Of a DNA stretch of 64,000 nucleotides, positions 1 through 14,599 are shown in pieces; position 1 is the first letter of the stretch; the number at the start of each line of letters is the position of its first letter. The stretch spans positions 1 to 64,000 of the forward strand of contig JYFJ02001101.1 in NCBI GenBank assembly GCA_000934665.2, in the 5' to 3' direction. A model generated the notes under the pieces. That model made no database searches and was not told the origin of the DNA. It saw only the letters and a program-made list of their open reading frames with translations. The position numbers and the translations under genes were made by a program. This DNA comes from Catajapyx aquilonaris (lineage: Eukaryota).

Positions 1-1343
1 GACCTGACCATTATTTATATCAGGGAAAGCCTTCCGACTCCTTTCAACCCGTGGAGAGGGACTTGGGGTGTTTTCTTTACATTTCTCCCCGAAGTGATGC
101 TGCGGCTTGCAGTGCTGCTGGACCAGCTTTTTTGGTCTCAGTGCATCGCACGTAACTTTTTGCTTACGGTACCCTTCTTCCGAAATTGACCGGTGCCAGA
201 GAGAGAATTCTTCGCAGTTATAGGCCTCCCGGTTTCGGACTAGGTTCAACTTATAGCACATGGTAGATTTCACATAATGTCGGACACACATTGTCCTGTT
301 TGGCAGTGCACCATCCTGTATTGTGTATGTAACCATGCCTGTTTTGCATTCATGTGCAGAGTACCCACAGCTTACCTGCATTAGTTATTTATGGTTACTG
401 TTGTGTTTTTCTGTAATGCGCTTACAGTGTATGTAGCAAATGTACTGTATATACTGAATTTTGTTAATTTGAACTAATTGGAAGAAATGGGGAGGGAAAT
501 TAGGGAAGAGGAACTAGGTCGGTAGGGGATGTGTTAACCCCATTTACAGAGCGTGTGTGGCGGTTTTTGATTCTTTACTTATTCAACACCTTTTCTTGCT
601 GCCGGTGTTACCTAAAAGTTGTAGGTGGCCCAGTTATTTCAGTGACGTAACTGGGGTCATTGCGATTTTTGATGCGATTTTTAATTGACTGTCACGGTTG
701 TGATGGAGAATGACCAGATGTTATTGGAGCATTATTGGACTTCATATTCTTTGCGGGGTGTGTCATACCTGCCTGGCTAATTTGCTCAATTTTTGCATAT
801 TTTGTGAGGGAACCGGACACAATACTATTGTTTGGTGCCATTGCATTTTTAGGTTGATTGTCAATACGGAGAAATGATTGGAATGTGTCATATTCGACTG
901 AAACCACACTCTATCCTGAGGGCTCATCCATTAAGAATTTCACCGAGTATTAAATAATGCAGTGTTTGTGATCTGCGTTCTCTCTTTTTTTTACTGTGTT
1001 GCTCCTGCCTCGTTTTAAATCAGGATATTTAAAAAATGGAATAGCCTGGGGCTTCATGTGCAGGTGTTTACGCCTGGTTAGTATACTCCGCGGGGAATTA
1101 AAGAGGCGCATTGGTTGCAGATGCGGCAGGATGAAAGCGTGATCTCAACCACTGCAAACACAGTAGGCGGAATATTATTACGTTTGTTTACATCTACACT
1201 GAACTGTAATGTAAATTCTGCATTGTGCATAGGTTATATAATTTTTACACTTTTATGAAAATAATGCAAAACAATTTTTATAAACTTAGGACACTAAAAT
1301 AATGATTACATTTTCATGTACAGTAGACGTAGCTGTGGTGTCA

Positions 1344-1363
1344 TCTCGAGACTAGTCTTGAGA
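1344..1363. repeat. Near-perfect 20-bp palindrome
   Basis: TCTCGAGACTAGTCTTGAGA, with one mismatched pair. Confidence 0.5.
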
Positions 1364-4300
1364 GGAGCCGGACGAGGACTTTAAATGTTATGAGAAATGT
1401 ATGCTCGCATTGGTTTTTGCATATTCTTGACATATCCACTTCGAAAACAGTACAAGTACAACCAGCCATCAGAACAGGATTTATAGCAAATGTGGATGTT
1501 TGTTGCAAGCATCTAAATATTCAAAAACCTCCCACCAGTATAGCTGTCCAAATAATAAACCTTACATGCCAAATATAAAAATATAAAAGCTATCCTAATG
1601 ATGTTTTTGTTACACGATGCATATGTTTTGTTTACATGTAGCCTACAGTACAACCCAAGGGTAACCATATCTGAATAAAATTGAGGTCGCATAACATGCA
1701 TGCGCATCTGCAATAATCACTTTGCCCTGAAGATGTTGTTAAAATGCACTGTGTACTGTACATATCCTTTCCACACTGCTGGTGAAAATAACAATTATGG
1801 AGATACTCGTCAGCGGTGTGTACTTTTGTATCGGCAGATTTTGCAATCGTACGGATTATATGGAAAAAGCGTGTCTTAACTTCGAATGTTACTGTGGACT
1901 TTGGTTTCTTGTTTCGCCTGGCCATTCAACTGATTGCAGCAACCGTTACAGTGCTGTCAACAGCACAACAATATCCTACACGTGGTCGCAAATGATACAC
2001 TTACTCTTGGTTACAACACAGTCCTTACAAACGAATACTGTGCAAAGCCTGGCCCCCAGCAATATCTACCAGAGCTATGCGGCAAAGATCCGCATAACAT
2101 CCCCTGGACAGCCTCACCTTTAACGCTGATTAAATGGTTCTGGCCAACGGAGGATGAGGCTGTATCACTTGGTGTTTCTGGAAAAGGAGGCTGGGCTGGA
2201 CCCTACTTGGCTGGGCAGGCCCCGTGCAAAGTGGGCGGGGGGTGAAATGAAGCAAAATTTCCCCCGGCCGGTCAAGCCTCGGTAATGGCCCGCACGTAAG
2301 TTCGGGTCGGTTGAACCACCGAGCGGGGATTTCCCCAAAGGGGTCATGGGCATTTTTGTCTCCGGGTCCTTGGGCGATATACGATTAATGCAAACGATGC
2401 CCGGGCCGTTAGGACTGCATTGTAGTGCTTCCCCAAGTGCCATTAGCCGGATCCTATCTGCCCTAAGTACTATGACAATGCTACTAGGAGGAGAAGGAGG
2501 AAAAGGACTATGCTGTATAGGAGAAGGCCGGATGAAAAAGAGAGACGGAGATGGCCAACAAGGCTACGTGCCTTGCACTTTGTTGCTTTTGCATCCAGTA
2601 AACACGAATTGATAGAATTGGAAGGGGAGGTATATAAGGAAGGATTAAAACGGCCCTTTTGCTTTCCATCAGAAAGGAGTTTGCAGACTGATTTTTAATG
2701 CTTTCGTTGTCGTTTGGGCTCGGGGATGGCATTATGCATTCCCGGAATGGCGCATTACTATCTAATGGTTCCAGGAACCAGATGTTAAGTACAACGAAGC
2801 TGTGTGGTACATGGCATCTTTTCCGTCGTCGCTTTGGAAAGTCTGAGACTGCGTCTCGTATTGAATGGCGGGAATATTTTTAGACATCCGAATAATGGCG
2901 GGTCGGCGCAAATTGTTAGAAGGGATATTATTACAATGAAATCAATATCTAAAGCGGAACATTCCTTACTAAAAATTTTCAGACGGAAACGAGCGGCATA
3001 AACACAGTGATAATTCTATACTGGACTAAACAAATGTTTGACCTTGTCTGATTTGTCCTAATTAAAAGCAAATTAGTGCCACAAAATGTATTAGTGAGCA
3101 ATATTTCTTGGAGAACGAAATTCTCTCAACAGTATAGCCAATAGAAGTACATCATTAACATGTGCAATGTTTTAGTCACCCATAATTTTGAAGATACTGT
3201 ACACCAAGCGAAGCCTGATTTTCCAATTGAATTTGGTTTGCATAGCAAGTCTGTAAATGTTGCTGCACGTAACAAAAAAGAAGCAGGTCAGTTGACGCAT
3301 TTACTGTAAGCATTGAACGGTGTTTACTTTATACAATATTTGTGTATTAACCCTTACAGTGTATTAAGCAAACAACTGCACCCGCCATAAAGCAACAATC
3401 ACGCTGTTATCTGCATTTTCAAACCACTTTCCTGATTGCGAAAGGGGACGCTATTACTGTGCTTTCAATGACACTTCATATACCGAGTGCATGAATATAT
3501 TCATACGCATCGCGACATATGACATTTGAGGTCTGGGAAGGGGATCATAAAATTTTTACTTCAACGAAAGGCCAAGCAGTGTATAAAAATACCTGAAACC
3601 CGTGTATAATACATAACATTAGGCGACTCCCACATGGTTATGAAGCTCGTTAGCAACTCTGACGCGCATGCGGTAATTATTTTTAACTCCGGTGGATTTG
3701 TGCCGCCCTCTAGACCCCAAGGGGCTATGAAAAACGTCTGTATTTATGCACACACAAGAGAGCAGGTGTGCCGAAAATTGCAGACTTATTTATTTACGAC
3801 TCTTACTACGAAGCGGGAGTTTTATTCGCCAATGACACATTACACCATCACATCATCATGCGACCGCCACGAAATATATGTTTTCCTGTAAATTACAATA
3901 ATCAGCGTTGAAATAATTCATTGTTGGAAACAATCGTTTATTTGAGACTCTCGAGCAAACCGGCTCCCAGGCCATTTAATGCTGACCATATATTTCGTTC
4001 CTACTCGCATATTTCATGAGAGTTGCAGTTCACTCATACGGGAGCTATTTTCATGCCCGGATAGCCAAGCCGTATAATCCGGCGAGAAAAGCCCGTTTCT
4101 CCTTCGCTGCTGTGTATATAGGGAGCCTACTGTGGTGTAGTCTGTTTATTTACGGAGCTGCGTTTGGGTCGACATGTCACAAGTTTCTGGCAGAAAATGT
4201 AACTTGCGGAACGAAGGAGGAACATTGTTTTTCCTTTTTCCACTATTGTTTTTTTGTGTGTCTTATACTGTATATGAGCTGGGGATGGGAGGGTAAAAAG

Positions 4301-4905
4301 TGTAGGAAAACTGCTAATGTGGAAGTTTTTGGCTCCCCACGTCCAATGCCGTCAGACAGTTGGAACAACTTAGACGCGAGGGGACTGGTAAGTTGGCCAA
4401 CTGGCGAAAGAGTGAGAGGCCGAGCATAACGCCGTAAAAACTTTTAAAACGTGGGGGGAATAGGGGATATCGGATCTGTGCACTTTCCCGAGCTCTCTGC
4501 ATTAGCTTTGTGACGGCATGCAAATGACAAGGATGAGCGGGGAGGGTTTTGCAGCCCTCCCCATCCCCATCCCCCTCCAACACAGTCGAGAGCTGTTGTT
4601 TGTGTTTTACTGATTGTACACATTACCGCAGTCGATGAGCCCTGCTTTTTTGTAATGGGAGAGACTGCAATAGCAACCGTCGACAACAGCAGAAAAAGCG
4701 AAGAGCGTCAACACACGCAGAACTGTTGGAGAATAAAGCAGGTTGTGGCATTGACATTCTGCAGAATATTCTTTTAGGAAATTGGATACGCACAGGACGT
4801 TTCGCAAACTATATAGGCTTACAATAAATCTGGGTTGCTGTTGTAAGCTTGACCCATATCCTTCTCATGGACTGGGCACCACCCCTGTATATGTCAGCGA
4901 GACAT

Positions 4906-4972
4906 TTGATAAGAGTGACGTAATGTGGCGAAGTACGTCGCTTATCATCTAACTACACGTCGCTCTTGTCAA
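4906..4972. repeat. Imperfect inverted repeat (possible old MITE remnant)
   Basis: TTGATAAGAGTGACGT (4906-4921) versus reverse complement of 4957-4972, TTGACAAGAGCGACGT (14/16). A third related copy, ACGTCGCTTATCA, lies between them. Confidence 0.45.
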
Positions 4973-7900
4973 TTAGAGTCGACGAGAGACTTCAGAAGCT
5001 CTCACTCCACCCACATTTCTCTCCGCCATCAGGCAGTTGTTTTCTACACGCTCACTGGAGCATTACGTGCTGTATACACTGTACTTGCAATGAAGTAACG
5101 CACTGTACATATCAGCAATATTATACGTGAAGTTTATTAGTCAGTTGTCGACTAATTATTTATTATTTTCCTTCCCCAACATTTATGTGGATCTCATCGC
5201 GACTGGTCGTGCTGGCGACATTACGCAGCATCCAGTTTTCTTCCCGGATTGAGCGAAATCAAGTTGCATGAGAAGCGCTAGTTAGTAACATCTTGCATTA
5301 ACATGAAGAACAGATGTGAGTAGTCTTTGAATACCCATCACCATTTCTAATCCGTTTGGCGGAGTCGAACCAGAATTTCCTTTGACTTTGGGAAGGTTTT
5401 CCTCTGCTTCTGCTGCCATCGACGCCTTTCCCCCTTTCCTACTGAAACCATGCTTCATTACAATTTTAATTAAAACTATGGGAATCTCTCCTGTGAGGCT
5501 GCTGCTGCTGCCTCATTCCTATGGAGCATGCATTCTCTTCCCCTGGTAATAAAGGCTCAAACTACACTTGGAAATATCAATCTGACTATAAAATGTGGTC
5601 ATTAAGTGACGAAAATTCATGACTGGTTGGGGGTTGGGGGGGGGGGGAGAGTTTTGCCCCCTCTAAGTCCAAAGTATGATGTGAACTTGAGTTTCCGGAG
5701 ATTTTCCGATTGGTATGCCACGTGATAAGCCGGAGTTTGTTTAGTCCAAAACTTTTGCTCATTATGAGGCAGCGACGCTTTCCACATTTTCTAAGCGATT
5801 AGCTTACTGTTATTTTGACGTCGGATGTAGGTCAGCGAGGAATTTGTATTCCGCGTAGGCGCTTCTTCTGCCTCCCGAGAGTTTTGATTTTCCAGCTTTC
5901 CCGGAGGTGACCTTGCCGTCGACAAATTATCATGCGATGAAAACCATAAGATTATTAGTTCTAAAGTTAAGCTGCACTCAATACTCCAATCTCTAAAAAT
6001 TTGAAGAAGAAAAATGTGGGAATTAGGTTGTAACTTTTGAACTATGGTTTAAATTGCAACTAAATTTGCGCACAAATCCGGTTAGATTGAGTAATTCACT
6101 ATTTTAAACACCTGCTGGTTTCAACTTAGTGTGTACTATCTTCAAGTATCTTGTATTAAACAATATTTCAGATACTATTTTCAGCCATAACAAAAGGTGC
6201 AATTAAATTGGCAAATATATTGACCTTTCAGCAAAATGTAGTTGAAAATGTAGACGTTTGAGTTCTCAATGATGGATTGTGCACTTTTCTAGCAGCAAAA
6301 GGGCACATAATGCAGTCATATAATACACTACGATGCTTACACACTTTCCTGACCAGGAATTACTCTCGAGTTAACCAGGACATTTTGTCACGTGTGTTCA
6401 TATCTGCTTGTTACGGAAGTTGGTACTGTTCGTGGCTTTTGACCCCTGCATTTCATTAGCTTTTGTCTGTCATTGAACCAGTGCTATTCAAGTCTATAAT
6501 GCGTATGACCATACAAAAATGTACGAGCTTTTCTCTGATTTTAAATTAGAACTTGTTCCCACGTAACTGAAAGTTGGCACAATCGTCGCTTGCAAAAAGC
6601 ACACCCCTAGGCTACACCCAATTGTACTTCAACATTAATAAGCATGAGCTACTGTACTGTACTCTCACGCTTAATATGGTACATTAAACTTTTTTATTTT
6701 TGTGCTCTGCTCTTGTGTAATTTTCGTTCATACTGTACCTGCCTGAATATGTACAAAAATGTTCCTAGAACTCCTTCGGGTTATTATTCCTCGCTTTCAA
6801 AAAGTGAAACGCATGGATAACGAAAGTTTGATCATTCATAGCGAAAAGGGCTGTCTATTATTATTTATGTGCTTCAAAAATCTTCGGTTACTCCCAATCC
6901 CTTTTGCCTTCCCCCTTTTTGTTTATACTCCTTTAGCAACACTTTAAACCGCACCCGACTTATGTCTATGCATGAAGGAGCCGGCTTGCCGAATTAATTC
7001 TCTTCTCGTGCAAAAGAAGGGTAGATCAACACAGAATCGCACGTCGTATTTATCTTCCCCTGGGGTATATACAAAAAAAGGAGAGAAGCACCGTTGGAGA
7101 GAAGAAGAAAAAAAAAGAACGTATAGGCGAGGTTTATCGAAAGAAAACTTCTTGGCAGGCAAGCTTTTCCATGTCAAATTAACTTGGCAAAGGTCCTGCG
7201 TTTCCCTTCCAAGGGGGAAATGGGCCAGTTTGAGTTCCCAATTGAAGTCATACACGGTCTGCGTCAAAGGCGAATGTGGTAAAACTGGAGGTAACCTCCT
7301 TTTCTACTCCCGAAAAAAAGAGGCTTAAAAACTGGAATGTAATAATCTTCCCTTGGTTATACGCCGGGGTTTTTGACTTCGTTCCCAACAACAAAAGACG
7401 CTGATTGAAATTTATGAACTCCTGTCTCATTCATGAACTCGGGAGGCCAGGTATTGTAAAGAGGTGAAGTGCTCTAATTATATGTGGTTTTAACCAATTT
7501 TGAAAGTTGCATGTTTCACGCGAAACCTTACAATTTTCGTATGGATTTTCAAAAAAAAATTAAATTATTTGTTCATTAATTTGCGAGGATTCTTGACTTT
7601 TTCCAACTTCTCGTCTCATGTATAGGTGTGACCCAGTTTTGGCATTGGGGGTCGGAATTAGAACCTTAAGCTTCCTCCCAAAACTTTTCACATGCCCGCA
7701 ACTGGTATCATCAGCGTCAGTAGTATTCCCGGATTTCTTCCAGTTTCTATCCCCCTTTTTTTTCTTCTTTTCCTTGCAGCTTTCATCTTTCGCTAGGCAT
7801 TTAATTCCCCCCAGCCCAAAAGCCTCTCGCGAGCTGGTTTCGATCCGTGGGCCTCCAGACGACACCGTGTTTGCCGTCCCGCTTTGTACCCGACAATATC

Positions 7901-9677
7901 CGGCCATCCATTACCCGAAATTTCTGTCCTTGGGAGTCATCAGTGTGTTGCAAATGGTAGTGTTTCATAACTGGGTGGTATAGCAGGGGGGAACCCCAGG
8001 TGCACACAGCGCCCGGATAATTGCGTCTGCGGGGGATTGACGAACGTCTAAGTGCTTCCACCATCAAGCCAATTGCCCTCTCCCAGAATTGGGATAAAAT
8101 GGCCGTTGAAAAGTTGGAGGGCGATGAGATGCATAGCCCTACGTCTTCGGGGCCTGGAGAAAACATTGTGTGCTGGTGCAGCGAAGTAATTGGGAATTGA
8201 AAACTCGAGATGAAAAAAAAAATCGGGTCTTGTTTGCACCAATCTCTCCGTACCCTCTTTAGCTAATTAGCAGTCTCCACGCCAGTAAAACTTTCCACCA
8301 TTTTCTTTCCCCCCTCCCCTCGCAGGCTTGTCATGCCTTTCGGGGTCGATGGAGCCTCTTAGGAGAGATTAATTGCTTGACACCACTTTTGGAGTCGCAG
8401 CCGCTGCGAGAGGAGGCTGATATGACAGCGACGAAGACAAATCGCTGCCGAATCAATAGGAGGGCCTCCTTAAGTCGATCCGGACCGCCTAAGAGAGCAA
8501 AGGCAGCCCAGGAAGTGTTTACGATCAGATGGGTGTGGCTAAGAAGTGGTCAAAAGGAAGGGTGTCAATTTAGGCCCAATCTCGACACCTCATTCGGTTC
8601 TTGGAAGACTAGTAGTGAACACATCGCCGAAACTTGGAAACACTGCCCAGATAGCTGCACATTCGGAAGTTGTACTATATGCAACTACCAGATGGCGCAC
8701 AGGCTCCCTCTCTGCACACTTCCGCCGCTCTCATGGGAAAAATAACACTAAATGCACGTTGGTGATGAGTCATTTTGCCAATCTAGGAATCTCCTGAGTT
8801 ATTTAGGCCTACACTTGCCGAAAGCTCACTGCCACATCGTTCCTTCCATTCCAGCACTTTTGTGCTAATTAAACGCACACTTACATCCTGCACTGTATAA
8901 GACCCGGATTTTTTGGGCTGCAGGAAAAAAGCGGACTTTGCTGAATTTTTCAGACAGTCTCCCTTTGGCAGGTTTGTTGACCTCGCTTGCAGGTAACTGA
9001 GCCCCGGCGGCGCCTTTTTGAAAGTGCGAATTGGGAAACGAGCGAATAGCTTTGCTGGAAGACAGGTTTCGGACAGAACTCTTCTCAATTTCAACGGCAA
9101 TTGAGCCTCCTCCTACCCTACCCATCCCCACCCAGACATTAGTCTTTATTTGGGAACCGGGCGGCATTTCTCATCTCGAGGCCCCAAACTCCACTCAATT
9201 CCTTTCAAGGCACAATAAGAAGAAATGAAAAGAGATGGCAGCGGGAGACTTGGAAAATTTCAAACTCGATCTTTCAGCTCCAAAAGCAGCAAGGCATTCC
9301 TCGAATGACTTTCTTACTTTGTGGAATGCTCTATGTCAACGGGGACGGAAGTCTTTGGAGAGGCGAAAAGGCTGTGGGGGCGGAGAGAACTTGCTGGAGG
9401 GAAAAATTAGGACCAGTTTCGTCGTGGGGCGAAGGAATTTTCTCCTGGAAGTAATTTCACCTGGAGGGGCGTGAAGTATGGGAATTGATTGCGGTTGAAA
9501 TGGTCCTCGTGACCTTTTCACTCCTTCCGCTGCCGGGTTTTTGCCATCGCTGCCTATCAAGTTGGGCAGGACATTTCATGTTCCTATGACTTTTTGTGCT
9601 AATGATGTGGAAATCAGGGTGACTGCAACGTGGCAGGATATTTTGCTCTTCGGTCGCAATGAAAACCACGGGGCCGA

Positions 9678-9695
9678 TACAGGGGTGTCAAAAAT
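9678..9695 (+). mobile_element. Solitary TIR of the CAGGGnGTGTC MITE family
   Basis: TA-CAGGGGTGTCAAAAAT resembles the TIRs at 20887 and 51017; no partner end was found nearby. Confidence 0.3.
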
Positions 9696-9941
9696 TAGTG
9701 CAATGTGAGTACCTGCACGGTACGTGTAATGCGTGCTGTCAACAGTTCACTTCGAGAACAGGCGCATTTTACGCGTTGAAATGTCACGCACGCCAATCAC
9801 TCAATGCACACTGTCACTACCTGGCCTCAAAGCAGGGATCAAAATATCGCCTGGGAAACCCTGAAATTAGTGGTGTTGCACTGATGTAATGTATAGGCGT
9901 ATGAACTACAAAATTCATTTTTTTAGATTGTAGTGTAAAAA

Positions 9942-10005
9942 TAGGGTGGAATTTTAGTTACTGCTAACATAGCAGTAACTAGCAGTGGGACAAAATTTCC
10001 ACCTA
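9942..10005. repeat. Nested inverted repeat / fold-back (possible collapsed MITE)
   Basis: Perfect 12-bp stem TAGTTACTGCTA (9955-9966) / TAGCAGTAACTA (9970-9981) with a 3-nt loop, enclosed by the imperfect inverted repeat TAGGGTGGAATTTT (9942-9955) / AAAATTTCCACCTA (9992-10005). No target-site duplication seen. Confidence 0.6.
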
Positions 10006-13000
10006 CAGTATAGGCTATTTTAATATTGGCGGCGATAGGACGCATCATACAGACTGTGTGAATTGAAAATCTATCGTGATATCAACTCTCCATTTAAAAA
10101 CCACTATCGCCAAACCCCACTACTCCACATTGAACTATTATTTTCCAGGCTGGGCTCACCGCTTTTTACTATATTTCAACCACGACCCAAACACTGTGCT
10201 AGGATAGAGCAAATATGTGCTCTTTGACCTGTGTTTTGCGCACTTCCTCTGGGATTAAAGCCGGGGTTTGACATGCTAAAAAATTTAATATATGCAGTGG
10301 CAAACACAGTGACATTTTTGCCCATTATTCTGTTGACAGCATCATGCAAGTGCACAAAGCATACACTGCACTAATACACAGTCCCCGATCGAGTAGGGTT
10401 GGAACCAACAAAATTGCTTCACCGGATTTGAAGCAGTAGTGACATTTCTAAACCGCATCTGAAGAGAAGGAAAATTCCCTTTTCCTCAATCTGCATTGTC
10501 TCCGTTCCCTTTTCTCCAGTGAACGGAAGCTGCGAAAGGAGCTTCAATTCTCTTCTTTTCTTTCCCCCCCCCCCTTTTCGTCGTCATCTTCCTTCAGGAC
10601 GGAAGCGGGAATTTTTGTCGTAGCCGTCGTCCAGGAAACGCCCTTCTGTGTCAGGCTTCTCCACCAGTACTAGGATTTAAAAGGTGATTATCTCCGCTGG
10701 AGATGAAATTTTCCAGCGCACTATTTCAGCCACAATGGTGCCACGGTTTTATTTCTGCCCCGTTTAAGTCCCTTCCCACCCAACCACCCACCAAACCACA
10801 CATAGTGGATAGTTGTTCTATTGATTCAGCCAGTGCTGCCACAATAAACCGGGGGAGTAATAGACGTATAGAGTAGTCCATACGTGTTTTTACAGCCCTC
10901 TTGAAAGGTGCCTTTCACGATAATGTCAACACTTAAAAAAAGACTCGCATGCATTTTGTATAACCTGTCACGGTTTGGCAATGTTCGAAAAATATTCACA
11001 CTCTGCTTCAAACAGTAAATACAGCTTGTATCGAGTGAGAGTTAAATGTGATGGGCGCGGGTCTTGGTGGAAAGTATAAGGAAAAGGAACAAAGCCAAGC
11101 CTTGCATTCCAATATTCATAAATCTGGGGAAAGAAAACCATTGCTGCCAAGTTGGCGCGCTGGGTTTTTGGATGTGGAGAGAAGATTGCGAAAGACGGAG
11201 GGGGTGGAGGAGAAGGAATATAAAAAAAAGGGGGGGGGGGGTCGCTGCCATTTGTTTTTCCAAAAGCGAGAATTGGGTTAGCTAAGGGAGAGGCAAAAAG
11301 CGACGGACATTTATCAAAATGATAGACATAAGAGTTTACTCCCCCCCCCCCCTTTCTTTTTGTAATAGGTTCACGAAAATTCTGTTTCGAAATGAAGCCT
11401 GTTCCACTGGGAGGCCAGTACTTGCTGGGAATTGAATACGTTAATAAAACATGGCCTAATCTACTGTTTTGTTTGCAGTATGTAAAAGAGTCAGTAGCAG
11501 ACTGTAAGTGATTTTGCTTAAATTTGGGGGCACTGTCGTGGACTTGCAGTTGATAGGAATATTATTAGGAGTATTGTTGCCAACAATATTTTTTCAATAG
11601 GAAATGAGCACGTGCTTCGGGAATCGTGTTGAGTGCGGCTGAGATCGGACATGCTAAGGAGACAATCGTTCAGTAACCGGTGTGCCCTAAAGTGTTGCAC
11701 TAGAGAGCGTGTTGTTATCTGGCAAACCTTCGGAGTGCAATTTGGACGACATCACCGAGTCGCAAAACTGCCTTGTCAATACCTGAGCATGACAAAAATC
11801 TTTTCGAGAGGCCCCATTTCGCCATCTCCCAAGAATCCTCTTCCTTTGCTGCGAGAAGAGGGAAAAGGGACAGGTCTTTTCGAGGTTTTTATATCCGTCG
11901 TAAAGCGATCCGTTCATGTACTTTTATGACTGGAAATCTGATAAGAACTACATAATGTCGCCGAGCGTGTACGAATAAAGGAAAACCAGCAGAACGCTGC
12001 TTTTGATGGCCAGCGAACATTGTCTTTTTTCCACTACATTTGTCATTGATGCCTCCAGCGATTTTTCCGAGGACGTAAAAATACTGAATGTTTTATAAAA
12101 ACGGAAAGCAGCCACTTGCCGTTTGCTTCCAAGCGACTTGACGTCATTTTTTTAAAATAATTGAGTAAGTGCAAGACTCCTGGGGAAAAACAATAATGGT
12201 AATGGTGTATCTCTCGATTGCAGCACTCACTGCGTTTAACAGTTGTACACTGTAATATTACATTAGCCTCTGTACATTCGAACTGGAAAGAAGCCTCCTT
12301 TTCTCCAGTAACTCGCGGTAAATAATATTATCCTCTGCAATCAATACCATGCTCTGAATCTCACAATTTAATCCTACTTAGAGATTGAGACTGACACAGA
12401 AACTCATGCAATTAACCACCTATTTTGTTCCAGTGGCAATAGGACTTGAGAATACGAAAGGCAACAAAATCCTGCCAGGTGGGTTAATATTGCTAGCAAT
12501 CTAGAACAGTACAGAATTGTGAAACACCTATGACATGTCTCATCGCGAAATTCATGTCAATCCTGCGGCCTAGAACAATTTACGCAACTATAGAAAGGTT
12601 GGAGGATCCAAGATGGAATCATTCCCTGTCGTCGCAAATTAATTAGTCTCTACTCCTGCATATAGCGTCGCTTGCGTTTTAAGCCTTGTCTGAGGTCCTA
12701 AGCACCAAAATAGATCCTTGTTACCTTTTGGGGCTGGGTTGGGCTGCTACCTCTTGGAGTTTGAGATTCCATTACAATGGCAAGCCAGCAAAGTCCCGGC
12801 TCGGAACTTTCAATTAACACTCTCCTGGTGGCAAGGTCACTTTGAACACCGCTCATAAATAGTGACTCTCCTGCCTTCTTAATGAGACGGGTTTAAATTT
12901 TAATTGAATTCATTATCAAACACCGTTGGGGTTTGGCGTTTGGTTGACGGCTGGGGGGCAAGGGCTACGGAAGGGAGGATGGGGGACAAACGACACCAGC

Positions 13001-13969
13001 GACAGTCGAGTGTTGAAAAGGGCGTGACAAGGAAAAAGGGGCCGCAAGACAAGGGGATCAAGAGTCCGTCGGGGGAACTTCCTCTGCAGCCATCATCCGG
13101 GAGTTGCTTTTTTTTGGTTCCGTGACGATGGGATGGCAAAAGTGATCATTAGAGCGCGTAGGGGGTGATTAAAAATTGGACATTAATGGTGACAGCTGTG
13201 GATGACTGATACTTGCTAATATAGGGGTATCCCGCAGTGAATGGTTGCGGTTAGCTGTAATGACTAGTTAGAGTCCAGTACAGAGAGGACACTGTCTACA
13301 TTTCAACGAAGCGGCTGATCTTTCCTACGCGACGTATGGAGAGAGTCGGGTCAATGAACGTTATTGTGGCTTTGCCATTCCGTCCACCCATTTGGACGCG
13401 CTCTCTGAACTGCCCTGCGCCTCCGTCCACCCTTACTCCCGCCATATCGCCGTGTATGAAAGATTTTACGAAGAAGCAATTATAATATAATAACCCTCTC
13501 TTTGAGACTAAAACCAACAGTTAATATGGGACCATAACTCCGGGAATACGCAACAGCCGGTCAAGTAGACAAAAGTATGCTCTTGTCCTGTGACACCCCC
13601 TTCCACACAGCCTGCCACGAAATGAAATTAAGGACTTGATTACTTTCCCAACAACCTCGTCTCGTTGGGGAAGTGTCGCGGAAATGATGCGCTTGAATAA
13701 GAAACGGCGTAATTATTTTTGGACCTCCCCATCCTTCCCCCCCCTATCCTTCCCCAAGCCCTTTCTCTGCTCACTTCACCATGAAGAGACTTACCAAACG
13801 ACGTTCTGCCAAATGACTCGCATCAATGCAGGGGAATTGTCATAACTCACAAATTTTAAGCATTTAATTGCGACGACGCCGGAGACAAGGGTGGTTATAA
13901 GTGTAAATATGACCGGATTTACCCTGCCTTCCTGAGGAATTAATTAACATCCCCCCCCTCTTCTATCAG

Positions 13970-14003
13970 CTGGAGTCAGACATCAAGAAGCCAATATAAG
14001 CAG
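13970..14003 (+). other. Candidate 34-bp spliceosomal exon (coding status unknown)
   Basis: Branch-like TTAAC, pyrimidine tract CCCCCCCCTCTTCTAT and acceptor CAG ending at 13969; consensus donor CAG|GTGAGT at 14003/14004. Confidence 0.22.
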
Positions 14004-14599
14004 GTGAGTCATGTAAGATGAGTCACAGAGAACCGAATGCGAATTCATTCTACTTGATGCCAATCATTGAACCCTGCCGGTTCTATAAATATGTGAATTG
14101 CGGGGCACGCAAAGGCGGAGCAGGATTTATTGAAAAAAGCCCCCCCTTCACCTGGCCGAAAGGTTATGAACGGGTTTGCAATATAGAGTCGGTTTCTCTT
14201 TGCGAAAAACTTGAACGCCCTGCAGTGGAAGCTCATTAATGATTCAACGGCGTTTCGCATATGCTTGGGTCGCGACCTCATTGATTTAGCTAGGATCGTT
14301 TATACTTCCAGTGTAGAAAACGAAAATCCATTCACTGTAACGGGTCTACTATACGCTCTCTCTTGGAATGATTTTGACAATATCAGAACTGAACATAATT
14401 TAAATGTCACAATTGTGATGCTTTTCTTTAAGCAGGTCTGGTGTAAACAACCTGAGGACTGGTTCAGCGCCCAGTATCGTTATGAATCTGCAGTACATTC
14501 GTATTGTGCATAGAAACAATAGAGCACTTAGTGGAATTACAGGGATATGCTATTGCGCTCGAGCGGTGGTCGGAAGCCGGGCTTGGCATCGTGTAATTA

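Noticed and set aside
1945..2120. A/C-rich stretch whose translation faintly recalls a LINE post-RT region (similar faint cases at 240-1000, 15190-15500, 15850-16000 and 43580-43830)
   Set aside because: Only a few scattered residues match; I cannot distinguish this from over-reading without a translated search.
8602..8613. TGGAAGACTAGT matches the first 12 nt of miR-7
   Set aside because: The match stops after 12 nt and I see no precursor hairpin.
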